A stretch of 64,000 nucleotides of DNA from Balanoglossus misakiensis (lineage: Eukaryota; Animalia; Hemichordata), in assembly GCA_040954595.2 (NCBI GenBank), contig CM082576.2, forward strand, positions 16,167,028-16,231,027. The letters run 5' to 3'. The notes beneath the pieces are model-generated. The model ran no database searches. It was not told the DNA's origin and was given only the letters and a program-made list of their open reading frames with translations. Positions 43,831 to 57,349 of the stretch are shown here, piece after piece. A program made the position numbers and the translations under genes. Within the stretch, counting starts at the first letter, position 1. Every line of letters starts with the position of its first letter.

Positions 43831-46375
43831 GAATGTACCAATTCTGATTGGACTGAGAGCATGCATGGTGTCTCCAATGCTATTTTTATATAATCTAATT
43901 CTTACAAGTATAAAGTCAATTGCATTCTTAAGAGTGATTTTGTGGTTGTACATTTAGTTAATATATATAAAGAGAAGCAAACAGTGCATTTTTAAAGTGT
44001 ATCTAGCATCATTTTTAGATTGTGACTACTTATAAAAGACTGTAAAGTTTAAAATTGAATTATTCTCATTCACAAAGTTTTAGGATTTCTACAGTTTGGA
44101 CTTAGTCTATCAGTCCATGTATTTCTGATCATACAAGTTCTAAAAGAATAATTTAAATGCTTTCTTTCAAACTATTGTGGTATACATGATAACATTGGCT
44201 TATATTGGAATGATCCTAAAGTTGGTACATTGGCATCTTTTGACTTAATAAAATGTATGTTTTTTTTTTCCTTTTGTGTGACACAATCCATTATAAGACC
44301 CATGTCTGGGACAGCCTCTTTTTTAAGTTAATACAAACTTAAGATAAACTTGCATATTAATATTTGGCATAATCAAAAGCATTCTTATTGCCATGAGTCA
44401 TATTGTATTTATATCTAAAGAGGGAATGACCATACATGTAGCTCAACCATGTTTGATCCATTTTCTCCAAGGTTTTTTAATAGTGTCCGGAAAGCGCACT
44501 GTGTTTTCAAATGCAGAGCAGCACTTTGTAATAGAATTAACAAATTTGAAAGTTGATGCACTGTTTCTCTCGAGTGAATGTGTATAAATTATTCACTGTC
44601 ACACTTTGTGTGGATCATTGCCATCACCATGGAAACTCATCACCAATATCTTGTTTAGAGGTGTTGACCATTTCTTCTTTGTATTGACTCATTCAAGTGT
44701 CGAGTATGCTACCAGTTGGTTTAATCTTTTACAGAATTTTATATTGAAACCATATTTTTCAGGCTTGACATGAAAGCAAGGTTTGAAACAAGCAGCTTAT
44801 TTTTTTATTCATATCTGCTTTAGCAAGTCATTTCAGCTTAAAATAAGCTCTAAAAATCATGTGAAACAATGTGTATTGTATTATAATAGTGAAATATTTT
44901 TAATTCTTTCTGAGTACTTGTAATTCATTAGCCAAAAATAAAGATGAAAAAGTAGTAGCTCCCATTTATTATTGTGTATATAGCAGTCGGTTTCTGGTTG
45001 TATCACACATGTGAGTATATAGTACTTTGGCCACAGCTGCCTACACTACATACCCCTGAGCTTATGAGATTGTCCACTGCCTGCCTGTATGTATGTATTC
45101 CCTCTCAACTAGGTAGTTGAATCCTTCTTTATCATTGGAAAATCCTTAATGCATACTGTTTTCTCATTTAAAGCACTGACTGAGAAAATGAAGACTTAAA
45201 AATTGATCAAATTCAATATGGTGAAGAGCAACTCTGTCTCTTTTAATATGACTCTAAAAACCACTCATAGTTTAACTTTCCATTGTGAACATCAAATTTC
45301 TTTTTTTTCACATTCCACAGTATAAAGCTTTGATTTGACAAGTGAAAGACTCGAGTCTGACCACAAAAGGTTATAAAGTCGATAGCACAGTAGATATGCC
45401 ATTGTAAAGGACTTTCCACTTGATGAATAAATATCATGAAATTGCACTTCAGTTGCCATATGCTTGTTGAAATCGTCTGTAATGGTTTGAAATAGTAGTT
45501 TTTACGTCAAGATACATATCTTTGTTCATGATATTTATCTTGTTACTTTAAAACTCCTTGCTGGAAAACTTATCCAAGCGTCCCAACTCCTACCAGACTG
45601 CATAATTGGACATTAAATTGTCTATCTTTTAGTGTTTCATGGATGCGCCGTTTAATACTCCTTGTTTTTCATTGAGAATTTTAACTAATGATCGTACCGT
45701 ACCGAAATAAAAAGAAAAACAATGGAATACAATTTCAATACAATGGAATATTTTTTCATTATTATTTGGCCTATGTAGATTTTGAACATTTGCATGGTTG
45801 AAACCGTTTTTGACATTTTGTCTTTGCTTGACACCTATATCGACCCTCCGCATATACGTGTACAGAATTTAGTGAGCTTCCCATAGTCACCAGTAAGTAA
45901 AAACGGATCCGGAACTCTGTAATTTCAACAAACGAACATATAGGAAATTTCCAAGTTCTATGGCCAACTTCTCGATTCATACAAGCACAGGTAACCATGT
46001 AGAGGTGGACTGCCGCATAGCCACACGGTCGTACATGTAGTACTCTCACATTCCACGATTCTTTATTGAAAATCAGTGAATACGAACGCCTGTGCATACA
46101 AACTCTAAAAAGATTGTCTAGTTCATTGTGGAGTTAAATGCATTATGAAAATTGCTCTCGGTCGCCATTATTAGAACAAAACGGCAATCACAGGAGCACT
46201 GGTCAGCTTTTACGACCATGCTCATGATATATTACATGTACTTACATATTTGAATTGAACTGAAAACAGCGTCGTAGTTGAGTGCATTCACCATGACAAC
46301 TTTTGTTGCGTTTATATGACGTCACGGAAGTCAAGCGGCCTTGTTCACCTTGCTGCGTTCTTCTGAAATACCACG

Positions 46376-49037
46376 ATGAAGTCGAGTTATCGCAATTTGG
46401 GGAGTATTTTCCTCCTGACGCTTCTGTCACTGAACGGTAAGAACATCAAATTGAGACCCCAAAATATAATATGCTTTTGACGTGAATTCGTTTGGAGTGA
46501 TTTTCGTTAAATTCCACTGTACCGGACTGTCCGGTCCACTGTGATTTAAAAGTGCACAGGTATTCAGGTCAGGACAGTAGTTGATTGTAACAATAGGTTT
46601 ATGTTTGCGTACTTCGACATGGGGACATGGCTTTCACAAAGAGTTTTGAAGCATTGCCAAGAAGAACGTGAATGTAAAGAATGGCGTCACATTGTTTGTC
46701 GAAAGGTGTTTTGGACACTGTCCGTCCACCAAGGCTTGTAGCCTTTTAATATGTCGCCTCAGAATTACTTTCAGTTTGGTGTACCCAGGCACTAAATCTT
46801 GTCTTCTCATGTGACGACTGCCTGGTTGTGAATAACACCGCTTGCTGAACTAGTTTGAAAACTTATGAATAACCTATACCACTCGTGCGAAAACGAAAAC
46901 GAAAACGTTGTTCGGTTTTAAGCGGGGCAGGTTTGGATCATAAAAAGGGGGAGGGTGGTTAATTTATTATGTTCTGGTGTCAATTTTTGGCGCGCATTTC
47001 GGGCGTGATTACGTACTCATTTCTTCTATATATTTTGGATCAGTCACGGTACTGTTACCGTGCAGTACGCGTGTTATTTATTCTTTTAACACGAAATGCC
47101 CTACATAAATACAAGTAATGTACAGGCATGCCTTGACCAGCAGCCTCTTCTCAAAATAACAAACAACACTTTACTGACCATTTTAGTTTATATTATACCA
47201 GGGTACGTAATTCAGATTGATTAGAACATTTGATGTATGTGGATAAATATTCATTGATCGACAAAATTTGAAAATACGGAGCCAAATAGATTACTGGCTC
47301 GTATACATATATGGTCAGCTACAAAAACTTTTTTTCCGAATGTATGTCATGCCGTGTATTTCCATTTTTATGACGACTGTGCTCCCCATATGAGTTTAGA
47401 GATATGCAACATTCATTGTTTAGTTCAATCTATAAAAAAACTTCCGATAGTGTCAGAGGGACACTTGCACCCCTACCATTCCCTCCCCCACTAAAATTAT
47501 TCATTCCTGATTATATCTAGACTTTCTTTAATAAGTTGTGTCTACTTCGAAGCTTCCTCCCACCCCTGCTCTAGAAACATTCTGAACATATCTACATCCA
47601 TGCATCCTGTTCTCCGTGCTTGACTGCTATAGTGATACGCGTCATTATAATTTTTTCATGACAAAACCTTGTGTGAGATTTGCAGATAAACGGATAATTG
47701 ACGATGCATAGTGCAGTCATAGCCTTCTGTGATTGTGATCTGCTGTATATTAATCGAGTATGATGCAGTATTAAGATCTGTTTTTATGTCAATACTATCA
47801 TCATTTTTCAGACAACCGTCATTGGAAAATATACATAATTTTTCTTTAAAATAAACCCTTTACTATCAAAATGAACTTTTTGCCACTCCAAAACTTTATC
47901 GGTCCACGAAATGTGGTTTAAATCTACTCAACTGTTCTTGAGATATCGATGACATGAACAGACAGAAGTCCCTGTATGTGTTTGAGCATTGTGATTTAGA
48001 CTGCTGTGCTCTGTAAATGAAGTTACATCGGCAGTGTTCTATGTGACTTGTGATTTTAGGGATAAAGTGCGACTACTGTTATGGCATTGGGCAAAGCTGT
48101 CCCGGTTGGTTCCAGCCCTATTCCAAGACCTATTGCTGCGGGTCTGGATCCGACGAATATTGCTGTGACTCTGACGAGTATTACGGCACGATGTCGTAAG
48201 TTTGGCTTCAGAATGTTATTTCAAATTATATGACTTTACTTGGCGATTATCAGGCCTACTGATCCGAAAAGCAAACATTTTATATACGATCAATTTAGAT
48301 TTGGTGGAACTATACATGTATTATTGAATATGATTACGCAGTCCTGTAATTTTCTGGGTACACTTTGAACTTTTTTGACCTTCATACATTATATCAAACC
48401 ATAGGGGTGGAGCAATTGCGGGAATCGTTATTGGATTAATTATATTCATCACCGTTGTCGTGGCATCGATTGTGGCCTGTGTCTACTGTTGCGCCCAACC
48501 ACACAACAGGAATACCACTAGAGTTGTTCGTAAGTAGTATACATACTTGACTAGCCCACTTGTCTTAATAAATAATTGCAATACTTTTTGCGTGCATGCT
48601 TGCCTTGAGCGTGTTTCTGGTAGTGGAGTGGGTTTCGAATTTGGGACTGAGCTTGTGGTTTCGGGTAGCGTCGATCAACACGTTCCCTACACATGATGAA
48701 GCCCGTAGACTTGGAGCAAGTTTATATACATACGTAAAATTTCCTACTTACTCATATTTTATCACATGTTGTATTTTATTTCTTATGGTCACATGATAAT
48801 TCAGCTTCAATCGAACTACGTGTAAGTGTAATATGCAATCATTCCTGTCATTTTACAGACAACCAAGTAATGCCATCCGCAGGAGTGACAGTTGTGTCTA
48901 ATAACCACGCCATGACCACGGGATACGGCTACGGACAACAACAACACGTAACCACGGGATACGGCTACGGACAACAACAACAACACATAACCACCGGGTA
49001 CGGCTACGGACAACAACAAAGTGTGTTGGTCGTGTAG
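46376..49037 (+). CDS. Shisa-like / CYYR1-like single-pass membrane protein, 166 aa
   Basis: Missed by the ORF track because the exons are short. Exon 46376-46436: signal peptide MKSSYRNLGSIFLLTLLSLNG. Exon 48060-48195: Cys-rich CDYCYGIGQSCPGWFQPYSKTYCCGSGSDEYCCDS. Exon 48405-48529: TM helix GAIAGIVIGLIIFITVVVASIVACVYCC. Exon 48859-49037: G/Y/Q-rich tail. Phases 1,2,1 are compatible. Confidence 0.85.
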
Positions 49038-49082
49038 TCCGTCTTGTGCAGACGAAGTTGGACTCGGTTCAATTCAACATTA

Positions 49083-50282
49083 GGGACCGTTCAGTTTTTA
49101 CGGCCGGGGGGGGGGCGGCAAAATCCAGAGGGGGGGGGGGGGTCACTTGAATTTTGAAGTCCAAAAGGGGGGGGGGGGTCATCTGTTTTTTTTAAACGTT
49201 TAGGGGGGGGTCACATACTTTTGCCACCAAACTTTTGCTTTTGAGTCCACAAAATTGCAGTTTCGCGCCCTTTATTTTACAAAATTTTCTAATGTGAGAG
49301 GGGGACACCCCCTCCCACACCCACCCCCTACATTCTTTGCAACATATCGATTTTTGCTGGTTTGACTATTCTACCAGGGCAGAGTGCTTGCCACCCCAAA
49401 CCCACTGATGATAATATTTAACAAAGTTAATACATAAAGGAGAATAAACGTTTAAACCATTTTGCATAACTGATAGTTTCGTGCTGCATCTTCTATATGC
49501 TGGAAGTTCTATAAATGATGTCATGACGAAGATGACGCCAAATCTTCTAACTTTGAGTGGAATGGCAAAAAATAAAATTGGTCCTCTCAAACATTGAGAT
49601 GAATTCGCTTTTGAGTTCATAAAAATGCAACTTTGAGCTACATATTTTACAAAATTTTCTTATGTGGGAGGGGGACACCGCCTCCCACACCCACCCCCTA
49701 CATTCTATGCAACATATCATTTATCCGCTGGTTTGTCTAGTGTACCAGGGCAGACTTATTCCCACCCCACCCCTATGCTTACTTTGAGTGGAGTGGCAAA
49801 ATCAAAATTCGTCCTGCCTAACATTGACTTTATTTGCTTTTGAGTTCATTAAAATGCAACTTTGAGCACCGTATTTTACAAAATTTTCTTATGTGGGAGG
49901 GGGACACCCCATCCCATGCCCACCCCCGCCACTTTTCTTGTTTTACCAATTCTAGCAACTATTGTATTGACTTGTCATTTTATTTTGTTCATAGATTTCT
50001 TTATTGCAACGATATTATTAAATAATTCAATTACTTTAAGAAATTTATAATTGAGGGGTGAGGAGCCCCATTCCCTTTATTGCATACAGTGTATACATAG
50101 GATCAGGACGGCGAATGTTTTCGGCGTGGGGGGGGGGGGGGGGTCATCATATTTTTGGGTCTGTCAAAGGGGGGGGGGTCATCATTTTTGGGTCCTGGGT
50201 GAAGGGGGGGTCGGCCTGATTTTGAAAACCGATGACACAAACTTGCCGCCCCCCCCCCCTGCCGTAAAAACTGAACGGTCCC
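49083..50282. mobile_element. 1.2-kb non-autonomous PIF/Harbinger-type element
   Basis: TTA|GGGACCGTTCAGTTTTTACGGC-G(n)-CGGCAA ... TTGCCG-C(n)-TGCCGTAAAAACTGAACGGTCCC|TTA. The 3-bp TTA TSD is intact, and there are three internal direct repeats (~49275, 49643, 49873). Confidence 0.85.
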
Positions 50283-50384
50283 TTATGGCAGCCCATCGCC
50301 GGAACTGCGTCCGAGCCAGTGTCGGCATCGAACTCACTGGTTATAAAATGCGTTTTACTCAATATCCATACAAGATTCTTTATA

Positions 50385-50545
50385 GTGAACACCTATTGCC
50401 TGGCCATGAGGGCCATAGCGGCCGTTGATTACACCCGAGGGGCTGTGAGTTACCAGAATCATATGCTATTTCCTGAGGCACAGTCACGAGGGGGTAAAAA
50501 CGGCTGCTATGGCCCGAATATAGGCCAGGCTATAGGTGTTTTATA
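50385..50545. repeat. ~155-bp imperfect palindrome
   Basis: AACACCTATTGCCTGGCC...GGGCCATAGCGGCCGTT ... AACGGCTGCTATGGCCC...GGCCAGGCTATAGGTGTT. Confidence 0.65.
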
Positions 50546-50806
50546 ATAAACCTCATGCTAACAGCTGGGAAAATCTTGCTATTTTCTCTTGAGGTTGGCA
50601 GACGACATCTTCCGGTGGCCATTGTGTCAGACGACGCGACGCTGATTGACGTGACCGAGTACGCGCACTCACGCTGGTCACGTGACCGGTTTATATTTTT
50701 TCTGCTATTTCCCTATAGGGATTCATGGTCGATTCTATTTTCCTATCACGTGACGGATTCTGGCAAATCACGACACAGTATTAGCATGAATCGTATTCCG
50801 GTAGCC

Positions 50807-50894
50807 GTGGAAACACAGCTATTTGGTGGGGTAATCGGTATGCTGGTTACCCACTCCCCCCACACACCACCACCAAATAGCTGTGTGTTACCAC
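50807..50894. repeat. Small inverted-repeat element
   Basis: GTGGAAACACAGCTATTTGGTGG ... CCACCAAATAGCTGTGTGTTACCAC. Confidence 0.6.
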
Positions 50895-51267
50895 ACTGAG
50901 ATCCCTACCACAGGCCCTCCAGATACTCAGTTCATATTTATTATGTGTGAGACATATAGAATTTAGGTAATTCTAATTTTTATATATTTATCCAAGCCTT
51001 TTTATGAATTTCTCAAAGTGTTGCTTTTGCGTGACAGAGAGATACGTAGGGACTAAACGGAACAACATTGTAATTGATAGCTAGTACATGAGGTGGTTAG
51101 ACTGATGGGACATATGTACATAAGCACTTACAGTTATGTGGTGGTTCGGATGAAATAGCCATCAGAGTAACAGTCCTATATTTTGCAATGTACTGACACA
51201 GTTTTGTATAATTTTAGGCTCTATGCACAAAATAACAATAGCTGCCCTTGTTTCGACACGTACATTA

Positions 51268-51405
51268 AAATTATGTTTGATACAAGACACCATTTATGTT
51301 ATTCTACATTAGGATATAGTAAATCAACGTTAGACCACACACAACTACCATCCTGTTTGTAGGATATGAGAGTAAACACCGATTATTCGTTTTGGCGAGT
51401 TTTTC
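51268..51405. mobile_element. MITE family A internal fragment
   Basis: TTATGTTTGATACAAGACACCATTTATGTTATTCTACAT... matches the family A body. Confidence 0.6.
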
Positions 51406-52364
51406 CCTCTAGTGTCCCTCTAGTGATAAATTTTGATGTACCGTTGCTCACAATTAAAACGCACATACCACAGGGTGCCCCCACCCCACCCCCCTAAAAA
51501 TCCATCGGTCCCCCACCTCAGCACGGGAAAAACTGACTAGTACCGGTAATTGACAATAACCCTTCGTGAAATTCTTTGACTTAATATAAATTCCGGTTTA
51601 CACTTCCAACACAAAGGAAGGGAATTTGCACATGCGCAGAAGCTAAACTTTAACGCAATATCACTGCGCGCAGCAATAATTCTCACACAGACTCTGTAAT
51701 TTGTTTGTACAAAGTGATATCATTGTAGCTTACATTACAAATTTAAGTACATTTATGACAAAGTTTCTATATACAGATTCACCTCACAAGACTTAGTTTT
51801 CCACTAATTTTACTACGCGTTTTCTAGTCTTTTTGTTTGAAGACTCAAAGAATTCATACTGTGTTAAATTGTTTGTTTGAATAATGTATTATTTTTTGTG
51901 TGTAATGTATTTTACTCGCTGATCGAGAGATGAATCCCAATATTGCCATTGTTCAGTAAGGCAGCAAACTCAGTCACGGCATCAAGTTTTCAAATTTGTC
52001 AGTTTTCTCTTTCTACATTGCTTTCTTGATTGTATATGGGACAGTTCAATAAAACGTTGACCGCCTTTTAATTGATCAGTATTACACAAATTAAACAAAA
52101 AAACATATAAAAAACTTTACTTTGTGACTTCATATTGCCAGAGAGAGAGAGGGGGGAGGGAGGGAGGGAGGGAGGGAGGGAAATTATCAGATCATTATTT
52201 CTCCACTGAAATACTTTAATTCCATGATCACTTTTTGTTGAATATAACAAGACCTTGGATGTACTTTTGCATATCTCGACATCCACAGCAGATACAACCT
52301 TGGCGTTAAGAGGTGTGGGGCCATAATGAAAAGCCAAAGTTTTGGGTCACCTGTGACACCTGCT

Positions 52365-52525
52365 TAACTCATGTCTGATACATGTTACGTGTCTGGCGGT
52401 TCTAAAGTAAAAACATACTCGGAAAAACTTTAACTGAATGCCGAAGTATTGCTTGCCCATCGCCTGGAAAAGCCAACTCCGTGGGTAACATGGCCAGACC
52501 ATGTGGTTGATAGTAAATAATTTGC
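52365..52525 (+). repeat. Dispersed repeat, copy 1 (copy 2 at ~63443-63590)
   Basis: Both copies share GGTTCTAAAGTAAAAACATACTCGGAAAAACTTT...ACATGGCCAGA...ATAGTAAA. Confidence 0.7.
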
Positions 52526-53710
52526 ATTTATCTCAGTTCATGTACATTAAGAAATCTGCATCAATGAATCATTTCGTAGTGAAACATTTATATATAACAC
52601 AAAGTATCAGCGGTTCTCTGCTACTGGCCGACTTCTCTGGGCACCAAAATGACAAATTATCTTCGGCCTAGACTGAAAATTCTGTCGTCCGAGGGCGCTC
52701 ACCAAAGAGACAGCCGTGTTCCTTTACCTTGTCGGAGCCGGTCGAAACACAGACTTGAAACGAAATGAAAATATACATGGATGCGTGTCTAATAGTGTAA
52801 ATTTTGAACTGCAATGCCATGGCGAGCGTAACGCCAGGCTAGAGATACCAAATTTTCACAAATATAATATGGTGTACGTGCGAAATGCTTGATATTCCAG
52901 GTATAACAAGGAATTTTCCAGGGTGCAACCACAAAGAGTTCTGTAGCACAACCTGCTTACCGCCTTTCCCATAGAAGCAGCGAGTATCCGGTGACATCAC
53001 CATACTATCTTCTTCTGAACACCTACTCACGGTAGCGAAATCTCGCCTGCTATACGCCCTGTAAACTCTTCGTATACATCGCATCAATGGCTTCTCAGCC
53101 AATAGCGGTATTTAGGAAGCTTACTTTGGACACCAATTCTCAACCACGAACGGCTATTTAGTTCATGCCGTTTTGTTCGCCCGACAATTTTTATTTCCAA
53201 CAGCAATGTCATGTCAGGGTAACTGATCAAGTATGATGAGAGGAGTCGCGCTCACTCCAGTGACCTCGGACGCCTCGGAGGAGTGAGGAACCGTGAGTAA
53301 ACGGATGGGACAACAAACAATTGTCTAAAGGAGAACATAGGCAGGGGCAATAAATACAAACTGGCGCTGCATCCAGCGTTGAAAGTGATTTTATTAAACA
53401 GCATCTCACACGAAATACAAGCAATTTAGACTATGTCATAATAATTCCACCACCATGTGGAACCCTCGTATATTTTTTATGCACGGAGATTTCTGTTTCA
53501 ATGTGAAAATAGAGAAATACTAATATGATAGAAACTGATTAAATTTGCTGTCCGTCAGCTCTTCTGTCTTTCTCTTACCGATAAGATTCTAAACCGGAAC
53601 ATTGTCGCTTCTCTGCTCGCGCTGACGTTTGCGCTACCTGACTGGTAAAAGGTACGTTCTATAATGAGTGGTGATGAAATAGCCGATGCAGCAAACCAAG
53701 ATGAACTGTA

Positions 53711-54570
53711 CTATTGTGAAAGGTTTGAATCGGACGCGATAGACTCAACGCACTCGGTGTCAGGAATTGCAAGGCCCCATTTGCCCTCGCTATCCAGAAC
53801 ATGGAGAGCCCTGGATTTCTTACCAATTCCGAAGATGAGACCGTTTTTCTGAATGGCAATGTCCCTGACGCCGAGTCCTTCGGTCTTGAAAGTGGCCCAA
53901 GTGCCGCCCAGACCGTCGCGGACCTTCAGAAGACCTTCCTTGGTGACACCGAAGATTCTTCCGTCGGGGTGGACATCTACGGCCACCACTCCCTTGCTGC
54001 GACGAACGTCGGTCCAAGCGCTGCCCGGAGTCGTTCGGGGGTCCGGACGCGTCACCAGCAGCCCTTCCGTGGACACTCCCAGCAAGGTGCCGTCCGACAT
54101 GACGGTGACATCTTTGACGCAGCAGCTGTCGGGAAGCGGCCCCACCCAGTCGCCAACGTGCGGTGATTCTTTCCTGTAAACCTGATGGTCGTCTTTGACC
54201 CCCAGCAAAGAGTGGTCGTGCAAGATGCCAATACTCTCGACGCAGCAACTGCCTCCCACCTTTTCCCATTTACCAAGCATTGATGCGCGCTGAACCAATT
54301 TCTTGGTGCATTCTACACCGATCATAGGTGCTGTGGAAAAAAAACACAAACAAAAACAAATGAGCACGTGTATATATCGGGCATGTTTTTTTTCTGTCTT
54401 CAATCTCCAAACCTCACCACAAACACACATTTTGCCGACTGGAGAAATTCATTGAGCCAATAAGAAGAATAGTATGGACTATTGAAATACATGTACACGT
54501 ACTTACCAATACCATATGCTGTGTGAATTATCAGCTGAAGCAACAGCGTCGATACTAATACTCGCCACAC
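53711..54570 (-). CDS. Tectonin/tachylectin-like beta-propeller repeat protein, paralog B (~227 aa; GTG in place of start ATG)
   Basis: Signal exon 54570-54507 ([V]WRVLVSTLLLQLIIHTAYGI, donor gtaagt) joins exon 54330-53711, which has about five ~38-aa repeats (W-x4-6-S-CC-V-x2-V-x4-DG-x-LLGV-x4-L-x2-R). AATAAA at 53395-53390. A probable non-coding exon has its donor at 54951-54946. Confidence 0.75.
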
Positions 54571-57349
54571 ACTTTTTGTGAAGGTACCGCCCCGAAGATT
54601 TGAAGCAAACGTCTTTGACCTTTCTGACAAAATTTAGGTAAACTGATTCTTTTGAACAACTGCATGCTCTCGCTGCAAGTATCATACTATGAATGTTCCC
54701 CACGAAGTTGCCTTATCGATTTAAAAGATTACTACAGTCTCATGCACAAAACGTATTGTATGTTCCGAATATGAAGATTTAAAAGGTATAAATGGTGGTT
54801 CAGAAGTATGATGAACAAACTTAAATGGCGCTTTAGCTATATTTATTGGTCTTAGAAAACTATATGTAGAGTTGGCTACACGGAGAATTCATAGTGAGTA
54901 GACGGTAACAATGTCAAAAGTACATAGATCCCGTCACCGATGTGAACTCACGTTGTTCTGTTGGAGATCTGGAGGTTTGTGGAGAACAGGGCGCTCTGTT
55001 CGTGCCTGATATAAAGGTGTTCCCCAATTGTGAATGATAGGGACTAAAATAGACAAGAAACAATCGTTGGTAAGATATGTAAATTAAAAGCGAGTATATA
55101 GATACATGTAGACATAATAATTATTATTCTTTAATAAGGTGTCTAAAAGACTCAATCAACGGAGTTTTTGTCATAATATTAGTTCTATATGAAGCCCCCA
55201 TTTAATTCATTTGATTGTTTGCTTGATTATAACAAGTTTCGGTGCGTTACTGCTGAATATGCATGTCATCGCTTGAGCGATGTATATGTACATGTACATG
55301 TATTGGGATTCGTTGTTCCAGTTTGTTGTACTGTATGAGAAAATGGGTAGTTCAAAATTTACCACACCCTTGCCTTTGTCACCAAAACATGTTTTAACTT
55401 ACAAGAGTTTATTCCATTCATGCTTTCATTTGCAACGTCTGGTCTTTGCTGAGCGCCTATCATTTAATGGACGCCCCCAACGACACCCAGAAGACAATTT
55501 ATGTTGTTTAATCATTCTGATGACTATTGCTTTCTGTTCTTGGACGGTTCTTTGAGTGCACTGTGGATAATTGGGTGATAATTGAGTTTAGGTCTATGAA
55601 TTTCAGTTGGACAGTGACGTAGGTTGTGTGTCAAAATACGTCTGTCTTCCGGTGCTATGTTTAACCACCATGGTGCCAAAATGATATATTTCCCCCCTGT
55701 GTGATGCATACATTTCGTGTAACGTCTCAATATGGATATTTTGAGTAAACCTTATGTGGGCTCGCACATCGACTGAGTGAAAACGCACGGTCAGAGTAAA
55801 AAATAGTTGACATGATTAATGTCACTCGACTATTCATGCCCGGTTTTCTAACAACTGTCAGAATAAACTTTCCCCTCTGTACGTGCAACTCAAAATCACT
55901 TGATTGACATTTTAGGAACGTGTTTGTCAATGCTATATTTGAATCGCCGGTAGCGGAAAAAATAGAGCAACTCAGTATACTGAACAATTGATTTTAATTG
56001 AAAGTTAATGAATACTGGACCTCTGTACTTTTCTGTTAACGCCCTACAAATTATTAAATTATTTTTAGCAAGTATATTGTAGTTGTTTCGGCTTGTCACA
56101 ACAAAGACTGTTCGTAATTTTGATAGACGGATTTGAGTTTACAGCTGCCGTGTGTTCTTTCACCCCCCCCCCCCCCTCTTCCAACTGTGGACCCAGGACA
56201 AGTTCAATCAAGTCCCGACAGAATTTGGGTGAAATTTCTCCTTTTCAGTGAATTTAATGTATTTGATCAGTTTCGGGTTGAATTCGATTTTGCTGTCATG
56301 CGAAATTACCAGGACCACGTGATCTCTCTTTGCGCATCAGGCAATTATTGACGTGGCTGCTTAGTGGCGATATTATCTTATCATAAACCGAAGTGCAAAT
56401 ACAATGTATATAGGCCGTTCACATGCTCAAAAAAGGCTAGGCCCTTGTCCTAGACTCTCTCACAGCCCCTCTCGCCGTCCATGCAGGCTTATAGTCTGAT
56501 TGCATGTGTGAACACAACTCAATATTGGGCTTCTCCTTTGCTAAATGGTTGAGGGCGCGTCCGTGAAGAGCCTTGTAGCTGTGAGAGAGTATTGGCCCTT
56601 GTCCAAGCCAGGTACGTGGCCGAGCAGACAAAAAAGGTGTGAACGGGCCTGGCCGGCCATTGTCCGGACAATTTTGTGTCTCAGTCGAAAGGGGTTGTCT
56701 GCAGCCGACCCTGGTCCCAGCCTGGTGTGTGTGGACACGTTTTGTCCGACTCTGGTGCTGGTTGACACCTTTTACAATTGACATAAACAGTGTAGTCTGT
56801 CGTTTGACAATGGTGAAAATCGTATAAACAACGAACCAGAAGAGGACCAACATGGTTCTGCTTTATACGGTCAAAGCTTGGCGGGACGATGTTGGCCAGG
56901 ACAGTGCCAAACACAATGTGAACAGGGACTAAAGATTAGCTTATCTTGTCACAATCATCAGGATTAGTTTTGCCCGGCCATGGGCCTAGATGTGAACACA
57001 GCAGTAGTGATTGGTGGCTTTGGACATGACTTTAAGGATTTACGGCAATATCACAATAATGTTCGTTTAATTCATTCGTTCTTCTCTCTCTGCCTTTCGT
57101 TCTCCCCCTCCCTATGTGTGTCTGTCTGTCTCTTCCTTCTCCTTATATGTTAGATATACACATGTACATCGTCACTGTAGTTGTACTGACAGAGCTGACA
57201 CGAACAAACGTTTGCTTAATTAACCTTTTTATTGCTTTATTAACACGGTTAGCTTACATCATCATTCAATTACTTTTACTACTAGACCGCCGGACAAGGA
57301 CAGTAAAGACTTGTTGAAATCTGAGAGATTAACTTTCCGTTTGATTTTT

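Noticed and set aside
48690-48720. ATGATGAAGCCCGTAGAC, a possible third hammerhead
   Set aside because: No GAAA core or closing helices could be found.
56412-57003. 138-aa ORF (56437-56853) and possible Harbinger-like ends (GTTCACAT/ATGTGAAC)
   Set aside because: The ORF has no recognisable motif, and the element ends and TSD could not be fixed confidently.
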